Source: an uncultured Oscillatoriaceae bacterium
GTDB taxonomy: Bacteria; Cyanobacteriota; Cyanobacteriia; Cyanobacteriales; Laspinemataceae
Assembly: GCA_965650385.1 (NCBI GenBank)
Contig: CBFGOM010000008.1
Coordinates: 12,849 to 44,848, forward strand
Length of the DNA stretch: 32,000 nt
Direction of reading: 5' to 3'
Shown piece after piece: positions 10,139 to 17,810 of this stretch (positions within the stretch are counted from its first letter, which is position 1; each line of letters starts with the position of its first letter). The notes under the pieces are model-generated. The model saw only the letters and a program-made list of their open reading frames with translations, ran no database searches and was not told the origin of the DNA. Position numbers and translations under genes: made by a program.

Positions 10139-10172
10139 ATAGTCGATTTTGGACTATTCTGAAATCGACTAT
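10139..10172. promoter_or_regulatory. Candidate operator (C-box-like) in the M/C-R intergenic control region
   Basis: Perfect inverted repeat ATAGTCGATTT-N12-AAATCGACTAT, with an internal third half-site GACTAT at 10152-10157 (pairs with ATAGTC 10139-10144). Confidence 0.6.
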
Positions 10173-10197
10173 ATCATTTTCCTTGAGGTCAGGTCAA

Positions 10198-10452
10198 ATG
10201 GAAAAATCAATTTTTACACAAGAATATTTGATATTTCTCGGCCAGCTTCGCATGGCAAGAAAAGCCGCAGGGATGACGCAAGAACAAGTTGCTGAACGGT
10301 TAAGGCAAACCCAGTCATTTGTTAGTAAATGTGAACGAGGTGAAAGACGAATTGATGTGATTGAATTGCGGGCATATTGTCGGGCGATCGGGATTTCTTT
10401 TATAGACTTTATTGAACAATTAGAATCAACCCTTGAAACTCCGGAAAATTAG
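10198..10452 (+). CDS. XRE-family HTH regulator, controller (C) protein-like
   Basis: 84 aa from ATG 10198: GQLRMARKAAGMTQEQVAERLRQTQSFVSKCERGERRIDVIELRAYCRAIGIS (canonical HTH_3). The track's GTG start at 10117 would place the putative operator inside the coding region; GAGG lies upstream of the ATG. Confidence 0.88.
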   Translation: MEKSIFTQEYLIFLGQLRMARKAAGMTQEQVAERLRQTQSFVSKCERGERRIDVIELRAYCRAIGISFIDFIEQLESTLETPEN

Positions 10453-11348
10453 TGGACTACCATCAAGCACTTGAAATTGCAACGCTGGTCTTACTTGAAT
10501 TGAAGGGCCATAAAATCGATGTAATCACGATATCGAGGCCCAGTGATCTGCAAGGCGCAATAGAACTTTCTAAAATTGTTAGTAAATTATCTCCGATAAT
10601 CGGCAATTTCATAGAATATGCACTCATTCGACATTTGAATGAAATCCCAGTTTGGCCGGATGGCTGTCGATGGATCAGACAAGACCCTGGCTTCCCTGAT
10701 GCAATCTTGAGCGGAATTCCTAATATTGTACCTGGAATTGAAGTGAAAACCTGGTTTCCCCTCTCAACGGAAATAACGGCTCGATTTCGCGATAGTCAAA
10801 CAACTTTCCAAGCTAATCAGATAAAAGTCGTCATCGTCTGTTGGATGCTGGAGGAAGTTTTAGCGGGTAAACCTAAAATTATTGATATTTGGATTGGAGA
10901 TGCCTTAGATGTGGCAAAAGCGCGCGATAACCACTACCATAATCCCCCTTACTATGTGGTGATGGAACCCGAAGATACAAGCAACCGAACTCGCAACCTC
11001 CAACAAACCAACTGTAATGGCTTAGTATTTCAAGGGACTGAAATGCAATTAGCTCAAGCGATCGCCCTAGTTAATTCATGGGAAATAGACTACAGAGAGT
11101 ATCGAAGCGATCGGGATTATCAAATCCGCTTGCGAGAGCTTACTAGTCGTTTTCCCTACCGTCTCGATACCAATTTTGCTAAACTCGACAGAATTGGTTT
11201 GTCTAGTTTAGAAATCTTTAAAACCAATGTCCTGAAATCTTTATATGCTGGAAACACTATCCAATCCTGGATTAGATCCATCAAATTATCCAATCCTACG
11301 GCCTTACAACCGCTCATAGATCCCTCGGCTTCTAGCCCCCTGGACTAA
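10452..11348 (+). CDS. Candidate Type II restriction endonuclease (PD-(D/E)XK-like)
   Basis: GTG start overlaps the regulator's stop by 1 nt (TAGTG). Contains GFPDAILSGIPNIVPGIEVKTWF, i.e. PD...EVK, the PD-(D/E)XK catalytic signature, next to a methyltransferase and C-like regulator. Confidence 0.7.
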   Translation: MDYHQALEIATLVLLELKGHKIDVITISRPSDLQGAIELSKIVSKLSPIIGNFIEYALIRHLNEIPVWPDGCRWIRQDPGFPDAILSGIPNIVPGIEVKTWFPLSTEITARFRDSQTTFQANQIKVVIVCWMLEEVLAGKPKIIDIWIGDALDVAKARDNHYHNPPYYVVMEPEDTSNRTRNLQQTNCNGLVFQGTEMQLAQAIALVNSWEIDYREYRSDRDYQIRLRELTSRFPYRLDTNFAKLDRIGLSSLEIFKTNVLKSLYAGNTIQSWIRSIKLSNPTALQPLIDPSASSPLD

Positions 11349-11857
11349 CTGCCTCATTTGCTGATTCTTGACTCATTCTTGAATGGGTTTTGTGGGAAAA
11401 AACTCGCTGATTTTTGAAAGTAATCCGTTTGGATTCACTCTACTTCACCCGAAAACTAGAGCATGGATGTTATGCTCATTGGAATGGCCCTAGAATTATC
11501 ACCCTTGGAGAATATCCCTATTCAACCTCTAATTTATCAAGATTGATGAGGATATTGTAGTTACAGATTCCTGCTAGTCGGGGTCCTGGGCGGATTTCCG
11601 GAATCTGGAAAGCGGCTGAGGGGCTTAGGTGGTACTGATCAGAGGGGAAGTTCTGGGTTTGTATGTTGCGATCGCCCCTCAAATCATCCTGGAAACCGAA
11701 GGTCCTCGGGTTGAGGGACTGCGTTAAGCGAGGGACTACCCCACCCCTAGCGGAAAACTCTTGACTCGCCTCCTAGCCCTTGCAGTCCATTCCGTCCCGC
11801 TTTGACGTATGATTAACATTTGAAATCCTTCGTTATCATGACTGGCAAAATAAGACT

Positions 11858-11947
11858 ATGGATATTCTGACTGTGGGTTGGGCTGCTTTTTTAGGTGTTT
11901 TTACTTTTTCCATCTCGATGGTGATTTGGGGCCGTAACGGTTTCTAG
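11858..11947 (+). CDS. petN: Cytochrome b6-f complex subunit VIII (PetN), 29 aa
   Basis: Direct translation: [29 protein letters not shown]. Not in the supplied ORF track because of its size. Confidence 0.96.
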   Translation: MDILTVGWAAFLGVFTFSISMVIWGRNGF

Positions 11948-12000
11948 GCGTGTTGCTTTTCCCCTAGTCTCCAGGAGGTAATCACCACCCTCCCCTGATT

Positions 12001-12056
12001 AAAATGAAGCAAAGTTGACTTGTTATTCAGGAAGTCAGCTTTGCTTCATTTTTTGT
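12001..12056 (+). terminator. Rho-independent-type terminator between petN and the DJ-1/PfpI gene
   Basis: AAAATGAAGCAAAGTTGACTT - GTTATTCAGG - AAGTCAGCTTTGCTTCATTTT followed by TT; 21-bp stem with a single G-T wobble. Confidence 0.85.
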
Positions 12057-12084
12057 CTCTTAAATTTTGCCAAGGAGTCCAAAC

Positions 12085-12684
12085 ATGACTGGAAAGCGGA
12101 TTTTAATGTTGGTGGGCGATTATGTGGAAGATTATGAAGTGATGGTCCCTTTTCAAGCGCTGCAAATGGTGGGCCATATTGTCCATGCCGTCTGTCCGGA
12201 TAAGACTGCGGGGGAGACGGTTCGGACTGCGATTCACGATTTTGAAGGGGACCAAACCTATAGCGAAAAACCGGGTCACAATTTCACCCTGAATGCGACG
12301 TTTGCGGAAGTGGATCCGGCGACTTATGATGCCTTGGTAATTCCGGGGGGACGTGCGCCGGAATACATTCGCCTGAATCAGCAGGTTTTGGAAATTACCC
12401 GTCATTTTGCGCAGGAAAATAAGCCGATCGCCTCGATTTGTCACGGATTGCAACTGTTGGCAGCGGCGGATGTCCTGCAAGGGAAACGCTGCACTGCTTA
12501 CCCCGCCTGTGGTCCCGATGTGACTCGCGCTGGGGGGACTTATGTGGCGATCGCCGTGGATGAGGCGATCGTGGATGGCAATTTAGTAACGGCCCCCGCT
12601 TGGCCCGCCCATTCCGCTTGGTTGGCTGAATTTCTTAAGGTTTTAGGGACTAAAATCGAACATCGCGACCTAGCGGCAGTTTAA
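12085..12684 (+). CDS. DJ-1/PfpI family protein
   Basis: [26 protein letters not shown]...[16 protein letters not shown]...[27 protein letters not shown] (nucleophile-elbow CHG). Start at ATG 12085 preferred over TTG 12067. Confidence 0.93.
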   Translation: MTGKRILMLVGDYVEDYEVMVPFQALQMVGHIVHAVCPDKTAGETVRTAIHDFEGDQTYSEKPGHNFTLNATFAEVDPATYDALVIPGGRAPEYIRLNQQVLEITRHFAQENKPIASICHGLQLLAAADVLQGKRCTAYPACGPDVTRAGGTYVAIAVDEAIVDGNLVTAPAWPAHSAWLAEFLKVLGTKIEHRDLAAV

Positions 12685-12697
12685 CCCTCAATCTGGG

Positions 12698-12934
12698 TTA
12701 GAACCATCCCCACCATCGCCCCAGAAATTGCCAAAAGCGATCGCCCCATTGGGCTGCACAGAACCCGAAGAGGGTCCCTAATCCCAAACTCCAGGCGATC
12801 GCCCCTCCGGCATTCATCCCATCCCAGATGAAGAAAATTGCAATAAATATTCCGGCGATCGCCCCACAGACAAATCGGACAACCCATCCGAAGAGATCTG
12901 GGCGACGCTTGGGATGGGGATGTTTCTGAGTCAT
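12698..12934 (-). CDS. Small conserved-type membrane protein, unknown function
   Basis: 78 aa with two hydrophobic segments; AGAGGA ribosome-binding-like sequence just upstream of the ATG. Confidence 0.6.
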   Translation of the reverse strand: MTQKHPHPKRRPDLFGWVVRFVCGAIAGIFIAIFFIWDGMNAGGAIAWSLGLGTLFGFCAAQWGDRFWQFLGRWWGWF

Positions 12935-13069
12935 GATGGATTCCTCTTAATTTGGGCCTTTTGCAGCCTTCTATACCATACTTTGGCTAAGTTAGTGACG
13001 ATATTTACAAAAATTTATTAATACCCGCGTCATAATCAGAAGCATAAGAAACCCGATGAAGGAAAATCT

Positions 13070-13510
13070 ATGAGTTTAACTAAGTCTGTTCAAATTCGGC
13101 TTTTAGAAACCATGCAGTCTGGAATGACTGAATTTTATACCCCTCAGTCCAGTCATGAAACGATGTTAGTCCAGGTGAAAGCGCGGACCTGCGATGATTT
13201 ATTCGTCCATCATTTTCAGACGGATCAATTGCTGGTGGTCCGGGGCAGTTTTGTGTTAGTAGTGTTACAGAACCGCCACTATCGCTATATTCCCTTGAGC
13301 GATCGCTATCCGGCAGTAGTCACCATTCCCCCTGGGGTTCCTCATAGTGCGATTAATTTCAGCAATGAACCCTGTCTGGTGGTGAATGCTGTATTACGAA
13401 ATGGGTCCCCCCATCCGAAGGATTATCACCCCATGAAACCGAGGATTCCTTATGATTTGGTGGCGGCGCGATCGGCATTAGAACAGATGATAAGTCCTAT
13501 TGTTGCTTAA
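13070..13510 (+). CDS. Cupin-fold protein, unknown function
   Basis: 146 aa with FVHHFQTDQLLVVRGSFVLVVLQ...VVTIPPGVPHSAINFS, typical cupin strand/HxxxxxG-PxG-H layout. Confidence 0.7.
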   Translation: MSLTKSVQIRLLETMQSGMTEFYTPQSSHETMLVQVKARTCDDLFVHHFQTDQLLVVRGSFVLVVLQNRHYRYIPLSDRYPAVVTIPPGVPHSAINFSNEPCLVVNAVLRNGSPHPKDYHPMKPRIPYDLVAARSALEQMISPIVA

Positions 13511-13513
13511 ACA

Positions 13514-13735
13514 GTGCCACTCTACCAAATTAAAGTTAAACCCAATTCTAAACAGCAGCAAATTACGGAAGAACCCGATGGCAGTTTGACCATTCGCCTG
13601 AAATCTCCCCCGGTTGATGGCAAGGCGAATGCAGAATTAATTAAACTGTTAGCGGATAAGTTTGAGGTTCCTAAATCAGCGATTGTGATTAAATCCGGTT
13701 TTTCTTCTCGAAATAAAGTCGTAGAAGTGTTGTAA
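13514..13735 (+). CDS. DUF167/YggU family protein
   Basis: 73 aa: [17 protein letters not shown]...[48 protein letters not shown], characteristic of DUF167. Confidence 0.93.
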   Translation: MPLYQIKVKPNSKQQQITEEPDGSLTIRLKSPPVDGKANAELIKLLADKFEVPKSAIVIKSGFSSRNKVVEVL

Positions 13736-13771
13736 AACTGAAGAAGGAAAACAAGACAACAAGCGGGTATT

Positions 13772-14596
13772 GTGGCATCTGAACTCAGATTAAAACCGGA
13801 AGTGACTTTTGGGCGATCGCGATCGCCCCTATCGACCTTGTGGGATGATAGTATCACGATTTTATGGGGAGACTGGCTCGATTTACGGGTGCGACTGGTA
13901 CAAGTGGCCGCATCGGGACTGGTTTCTCCTTTGATATATATCCTAGCATTTGGCTTAGGGTTAGGAAATACTATGCGATCGGGACTAGATGGGGCAAATA
14001 GTTACCTAGAATTCATGTTACCAGGAATGGTTGCCCTTTCTTCCATGACGATCTGTTTTGCGGGGACGGTGTTTTCCATTTGTGGGGAACGCTTATTTAC
14101 CAAAAACTTTGAAGAAATGCTCCTCATGCCGATTCATCCTCTGTCCTTATATCTCGGCAAAATGATGGCCGGAATTTTGCGAGGGTTGATGACATCTGGT
14201 TCGGTCCTCCTTGTGGCAATTCTGTTTACTGGCAAAATTTGGAGTTTCCTCAACCCCCTATTTTTACTCGTGTTGCTGCTCAATTGTGCCATATTTTCAG
14301 GATTGGGAGTGTTAGTAGGATTAACAGTCAAATCCTTAGAAAGTGTGGGAATTTACAACAATTTTATCATTGTTCCCATGTCATTTTTAGGAGCAACTTT
14401 TTTTGACCCAGCGCAGTTACCGTCAGCCTTAAAAGTGGTGGTTTATCTGTTGCCTTTGACCTATACGAGTATCGGGTTAAGGGCAGCAGCTTACAATATG
14501 AATCAGTTTCCCTGGTATAGTATTGTGGTTCTGGCGATCGCGGCTTTAGGATTATCCTTCCTCGGGGCGCGTCAATTTGCCAATCAGCAGGATTAA
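13772..14596 (+). CDS. ABC-2 type transporter permease
   Basis: 274 aa, 6 hydrophobic segments, IYILAFGLGLGN...YLEFMLPGMVALSSM...FGGTVFSICGERLFTKNFEEMLLMPIHPLSLYLGKM. No ATPase partner is adjacent. Confidence 0.85.
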   Translation: MASELRLKPEVTFGRSRSPLSTLWDDSITILWGDWLDLRVRLVQVAASGLVSPLIYILAFGLGLGNTMRSGLDGANSYLEFMLPGMVALSSMTICFAGTVFSICGERLFTKNFEEMLLMPIHPLSLYLGKMMAGILRGLMTSGSVLLVAILFTGKIWSFLNPLFLLVLLLNCAIFSGLGVLVGLTVKSLESVGIYNNFIIVPMSFLGATFFDPAQLPSALKVVVYLLPLTYTSIGLRAAAYNMNQFPWYSIVVLAIAALGLSFLGARQFANQQD

Positions 14597-14603
14597 AGTT
14601 TTG
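14588..14603 (+). repeat. 16-bp direct repeat, left copy, flanking the C5-methyltransferase module
   Basis: CAGGATTAAAGTTTTG, identical to 16187..16202. Confidence 0.85.
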
Positions 14604-14626
14604 TCATCAAATTAGGGTAGGTTCCC

Positions 14627-14660
14627 ATAGTTTTAGTCCGCCTTCACGGGCTAAAACTAT
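14627..14660. repeat. Strong palindrome in the AT-rich region upstream of the C5-methyltransferase
   Basis: ATAGTTTTAGTCCG-CCTTCA-CGGGCTAAAACTAT; 14-bp stem with one G-T wobble. Core AGtCCG..CGGGCT resembles the hairpin of repeat copies at 1911-1928 and 2432-2449. Confidence 0.75.
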
Positions 14661-14940
14661 AGGCTTTAATTGAAGAGGGTAAAAGCGAGAACGATTGACC
14701 TGACCACGAAAAAACTAAATAATTTGATAAAAAAGAGGTAGTTGCTAGTGACATTACCACAAAATTAGAATCTATTCAACCCTATCAATGCATGAATATT
14801 TTTATAGTTTGCCATCATGCTATCAGTCAAAGTACCTTAATACAAAAACAAGTATTCAAGACAAAGAATTTCATGTTAAAAAATGGTTTAAAAATCGATT
14901 GTAAGAAAATCCAAATTAACTATATAAACCTTATCTAGCC

Positions 14941-16113
14941 ATGATTTCAAAAAAATATCCCTATTCAGTTTTGAGTCTATTTGCGGGTGCAGGGGGATTA
15001 GATTTAGGATTTGAAATCGAGGGATTTAGGGTCTTGGAAGCCGTTGATATTAATCCTTGGTGTATTCAAACGTTGCAACAAAATAAAAGCCAATGGAATG
15101 TGAAATTAGCTGATATCTGTTCCTACTCCCCCCAATTATCGGAACAACCGGATGTTTTGACGGCTGGGGTTCCCTGTCAAGGATTTTCCTTGGGGGGAAA
15201 TCGCGAAGAAAGTGACCCCAGAAATTTACTGTATAAAGAAGTAATTCGGATTTCTAAAATTTGTCAGCCTCGGATTGTTTTGATTGAAAATGTATTAAAC
15301 TTGCGAACGATGCGATCGCCTCAGACGGGCTTACCCTTTAGTGAAACTATTATCCAAGACCTAAACGAAATAGGCTATCAGGTGGTTTCTGATATTTTCA
15401 AAGTCTGCTATTATGGAGTTCCACAAACCAGAAGGCGGTTTATTTTTATCGGATTTAAAGATAGTTTACCATCAGGCTATGAGTTGCCTAAACCTGGAAA
15501 ACTCACAACGATTCGAGACTTTGTTTATGATTTAGCGCAAGGAAAAGCTAGGGAACTCCCGAACCACAATCCGCAATGGGGATTTAAGAGTAAAGTGCAT
15601 CGAGAAACAGGAAATTCCTTTAATTTAGAGGAGGAAGTCCTGCCGGTCCGCTTATCCAGAACAGCATCGGATGGTCATCCGATTCGGTCTTACGATGCAC
15701 CTTTTCCCGCGATAGATTCAGCCACAATTTGGGGATGGGCGCAAGGAAATGTGGTGGCGGGACGGCATGAAAAAGATCGCCTCAAGGCTAAGTTTGTCCG
15801 GAATTCTCAATCTACGGTTCCCTTGTGGCGAATTGAGGCGTCGCGAATTCGGAGTTTTACCCATCGGGAATATGCGCGATTACAAACTTTTCCAGATGAT
15901 TGGGTATTTATTGGAGGAAATAAACGGGATATTCATCTACAGATTGGGAATGCGGTTCCGGTTAAATTTGCTCAACAATTAGCCCGGAATATTAGGCAGG
16001 CGTTGGACTGTTTGAATGGGGGGATGCCGTTTAAGGAAAACTCTACAGAAAAGCGATCGCCAAGTTGTGATGTACAAGAGATGCCTGAGTATCGACAATT
16101 GTCGTTATTTTAA
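14941..16113 (+). CDS. DNA (cytosine-5-)-methyltransferase, solitary
   Basis: C5-MTase motifs: SLFAGAGGLDLGFE (I), DVLTAGVPCQGFSLGG (IV, PCQ), LIENVLNL (VI, ENV), YGVPQTRRRFIFIG (VIII, QxRxR), FTHREYARLQTFPDDW, IGNAVPVKFA (X). No obvious endonuclease next to it. Confidence 0.97.
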   Translation: MISKKYPYSVLSLFAGAGGLDLGFEIEGFRVLEAVDINPWCIQTLQQNKSQWNVKLADICSYSPQLSEQPDVLTAGVPCQGFSLGGNREESDPRNLLYKEVIRISKICQPRIVLIENVLNLRTMRSPQTGLPFSETIIQDLNEIGYQVVSDIFKVCYYGVPQTRRRFIFIGFKDSLPSGYELPKPGKLTTIRDFVYDLAQGKARELPNHNPQWGFKSKVHRETGNSFNLEEEVLPVRLSRTASDGHPIRSYDAPFPAIDSATIWGWAQGNVVAGRHEKDRLKAKFVRNSQSTVPLWRIEASRIRSFTHREYARLQTFPDDWVFIGGNKRDIHLQIGNAVPVKFAQQLARNIRQALDCLNGGMPFKENSTEKRSPSCDVQEMPEYRQLSLF

Positions 16114-16117
16114 GTAA

Positions 16118-16139
16118 CAAAAGGGGCGATCGCTTTTTT
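16118..16139 (+). terminator. Candidate HIP1-cored terminator downstream of the C5-methyltransferase
   Basis: CAAAAGGGGCGATCGCTTTTTT: HIP1 palindrome flanked by A-run and T-run, just after the stop codon. Confidence 0.45.
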
Positions 16140-16186
16140 ATTTACTCCCTTTCAAGAGAGGTTAGGCGGGGTAATATTCCCCGATT

Positions 16187-16202
16187 CAGGATTAAAGTTT
16201 TG
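16187..16202 (+). repeat. 16-bp direct repeat, right copy, flanking the C5-methyltransferase module
   Basis: CAGGATTAAAGTTTTG, identical to 14588..14603. Confidence 0.85.
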
Positions 16203-16545
16203 CCAAGAGGGAAAAGAGGATGGAGTTGATAAAGCTGAGGGCTAAGGTCCCAATGAGAGCACTCCAAAATCCCCAACGGAGGCGAAATCCCGTCACTAAC
16301 CAAGCGGCTAATCCAAAGATAATCGCATTGATAATCAGGCTGAATAATCCTAGGGTAAGGAACGTGATTGGGAAAGCTAAAACTTGTAAAATTGGCTTAA
16401 TCAGCGCATTTAAAATCCCAAAGACTCCGGCGGAGATTAAGGCTTTTTGAAATCCATCTATTTCTACGCCAGTGGGCAGTTTAGAAATAATAAACAAGCT
16501 GATTGCGGTTATGACCCAGGTAATGAGTAAGCTAACGATATCCAT
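16192..16545 (-). CDS. Phage-holin-family-like (superfamily IV/DUF360-like) small membrane protein
   Basis: 117 aa, four hydrophobic helices, GVFGILNALIKPILQVLAFPITFLTLGLFSLIINAIIFGLAAW is typical of the family. Confidence 0.88.
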   Translation of the reverse strand: MDIVSLLITWVITAISLFIISKLPTGVEIDGFQKALISAGVFGILNALIKPILQVLAFPITFLTLGLFSLIINAIIFGLAAWLVTGFRLRWGFWSALIGTLALSFINSILFSLLAKL

Positions 16546-16903
16546 GAAAATGGCTCCTATTGATTGGCTACAGGATTATGATACAGGGAAAGCTTGATTT
16601 CTGCGGAGACAATTGGATATTCTGTCTTGGGAGGGGAAATCCGTACTCCTTGAACAGGTTATACAGACGGCAGGATGTCTGGTGGAGGTTGTTTGGGTTG
16701 ATACAGAAAATTTATATAACTGAGGCGATCGCCTCGTTTTCTCGGGGGATAGCATGAAATTGATATTGATGAAGACAAGAAACCGGGTTTCTGGTGTAAA
16801 TTGTGGCGCATTGACCAAAAATTCTGACCAGAAACTCGGTTTGTAAGGGAAAATGGTCCTCTACCGGAGAATTGCGGGAAAATTCAGATCCTAGAGTTCG
16901 GGA

Positions 16904-17743
16904 TTAGGGGTGATGAAGAGGGCGATGACGGAGGAGGGAGTGCGGTTTTTCCAAACCATGTGCTTCCATCAGGGGTGCATCTGCCATGACAACATCGGGA
17001 CTGCCGGTGGTGATGATGCGTCCTTCGTCCATGAGAATAACGCGATCGCACACTTCTAGTATCAGTTCTAAGTCGTGAGAGGAAATGAGTAACGTTTCCT
17101 GAGAGGTTTGTAAAAAGTGGATTAAACGCCGACGGGCTCGTAAATCTAGGTTGGCGCTGGGTTCATCATAAAGGATAATTTGAGGTTGCATGGCAAGAAC
17201 AGTGGCGATCGCTACCATGCGCTTTTGTCCGCCGGAAAGATGGTGGGGGGGACGAGTTTCTAGGTCCCCAACGCCGGTTAAATCGAGGGCGGTTCTAACG
17301 CGATCGCTCAATTCTGACCCAGACAGTCCCATGTTTTGTGGTCCAAAGGCAACATCATCCCAGACAGACGCAGAGAATAGCTGATCGTTGGGGTTTTGAA
17401 AAACTAAGCCAATTTCTGGATAGAATTCCCCTGGAACTACGGGGCGATTAAATAGGGTAATTTGACCCGAAACAGGCTTGAGAATGCCACAAATTGATAA
17501 AAATAAACTGGTTTTTCCTGCACCATTGGACCCAATCAGTCCGACGCGATCGCCGGGGTGGATACGCAGATTAATGTTTTGTAAAACATCGGCTTTATCC
17601 GGATAAGAAAAGCAGAGTTCATGAATGGCGATCGCCACATTCTCCCAGTTGAGCGCCGCAGAATTCGATGAGACTTCTAAAAGATTCTCGGGGAGATTAT
17701 CGGCGAGGTTGTTAGAGGTTAAAGGTTTTATCTGTTCTTTCAT
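16904..17743 (-). CDS. cbiO: Energy-coupling factor (Co/Ni) ABC transporter ATP-binding protein
   Basis: Walker A GLIGSNGAGKTSLF, Q-loop GLVFQNPNDQLF, signature HHLSGGQKRMVAIA, Walker B IILYDEPSANLD. Start at ATG 17743 preferred. Confidence 0.9.
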   Translation of the reverse strand: MKEQIKPLTSNNLADNLPENLLEVSSNSAALNWENVAIAIHELCFSYPDKADVLQNINLRIHPGDRVGLIGSNGAGKTSLFLSICGILKPVSGQITLFNRPVVPGEFYPEIGLVFQNPNDQLFSASVWDDVAFGPQNMGLSGSELSDRVRTALDLTGVGDLETRPPHHLSGGQKRMVAIATVLAMQPQIILYDEPSANLDLRARRRLIHFLQTSQETLLISSHDLELILEVCDRVILMDEGRIITTGSPDVVMADAPLMEAHGLEKPHSLLRHRPLHHP

Positions 17744-17810
17744 CGGATATGATAAGATGAGCAATAAGTGCGGTTACTTTTTAAAAGCGTCATGAGCTAA
17801 ATCACATATC

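Noticed and set aside
10117-10200. Upstream GTG start of the HTH regulator (111 aa version)
   Set aside because: The extension overlaps the inverted repeat operator candidate and lacks HTH-family similarity; the 84-aa version from ATG 10198 has a GAGG upstream.
8885-11857. Target-site-like direct repeats around the R-M module
   Set aside because: I compared 8885-9017 with 11349-11857 by eye and found no convincing long match, unlike the C5-MTase module.
12681-12887. 68-aa plus-strand ORF opposite the small membrane protein
   Set aside because: The minus-strand ORF 12698..12934 has a hydrophobic pattern and a good ribosome-binding-like site; the plus-strand ORF has neither.
13522-13857. 111-aa minus-strand ORF
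   Set aside because: Antisense to the DUF167 gene and permease start, which have clear family signatures.
16560-16818. Overlapping small ORFs 16560..16757 (+) and 16576..16818 (-)
   Set aside because: No family signature in either strand. The region is more likely non-coding; it ends in the HIP1-cored palindrome reported above.
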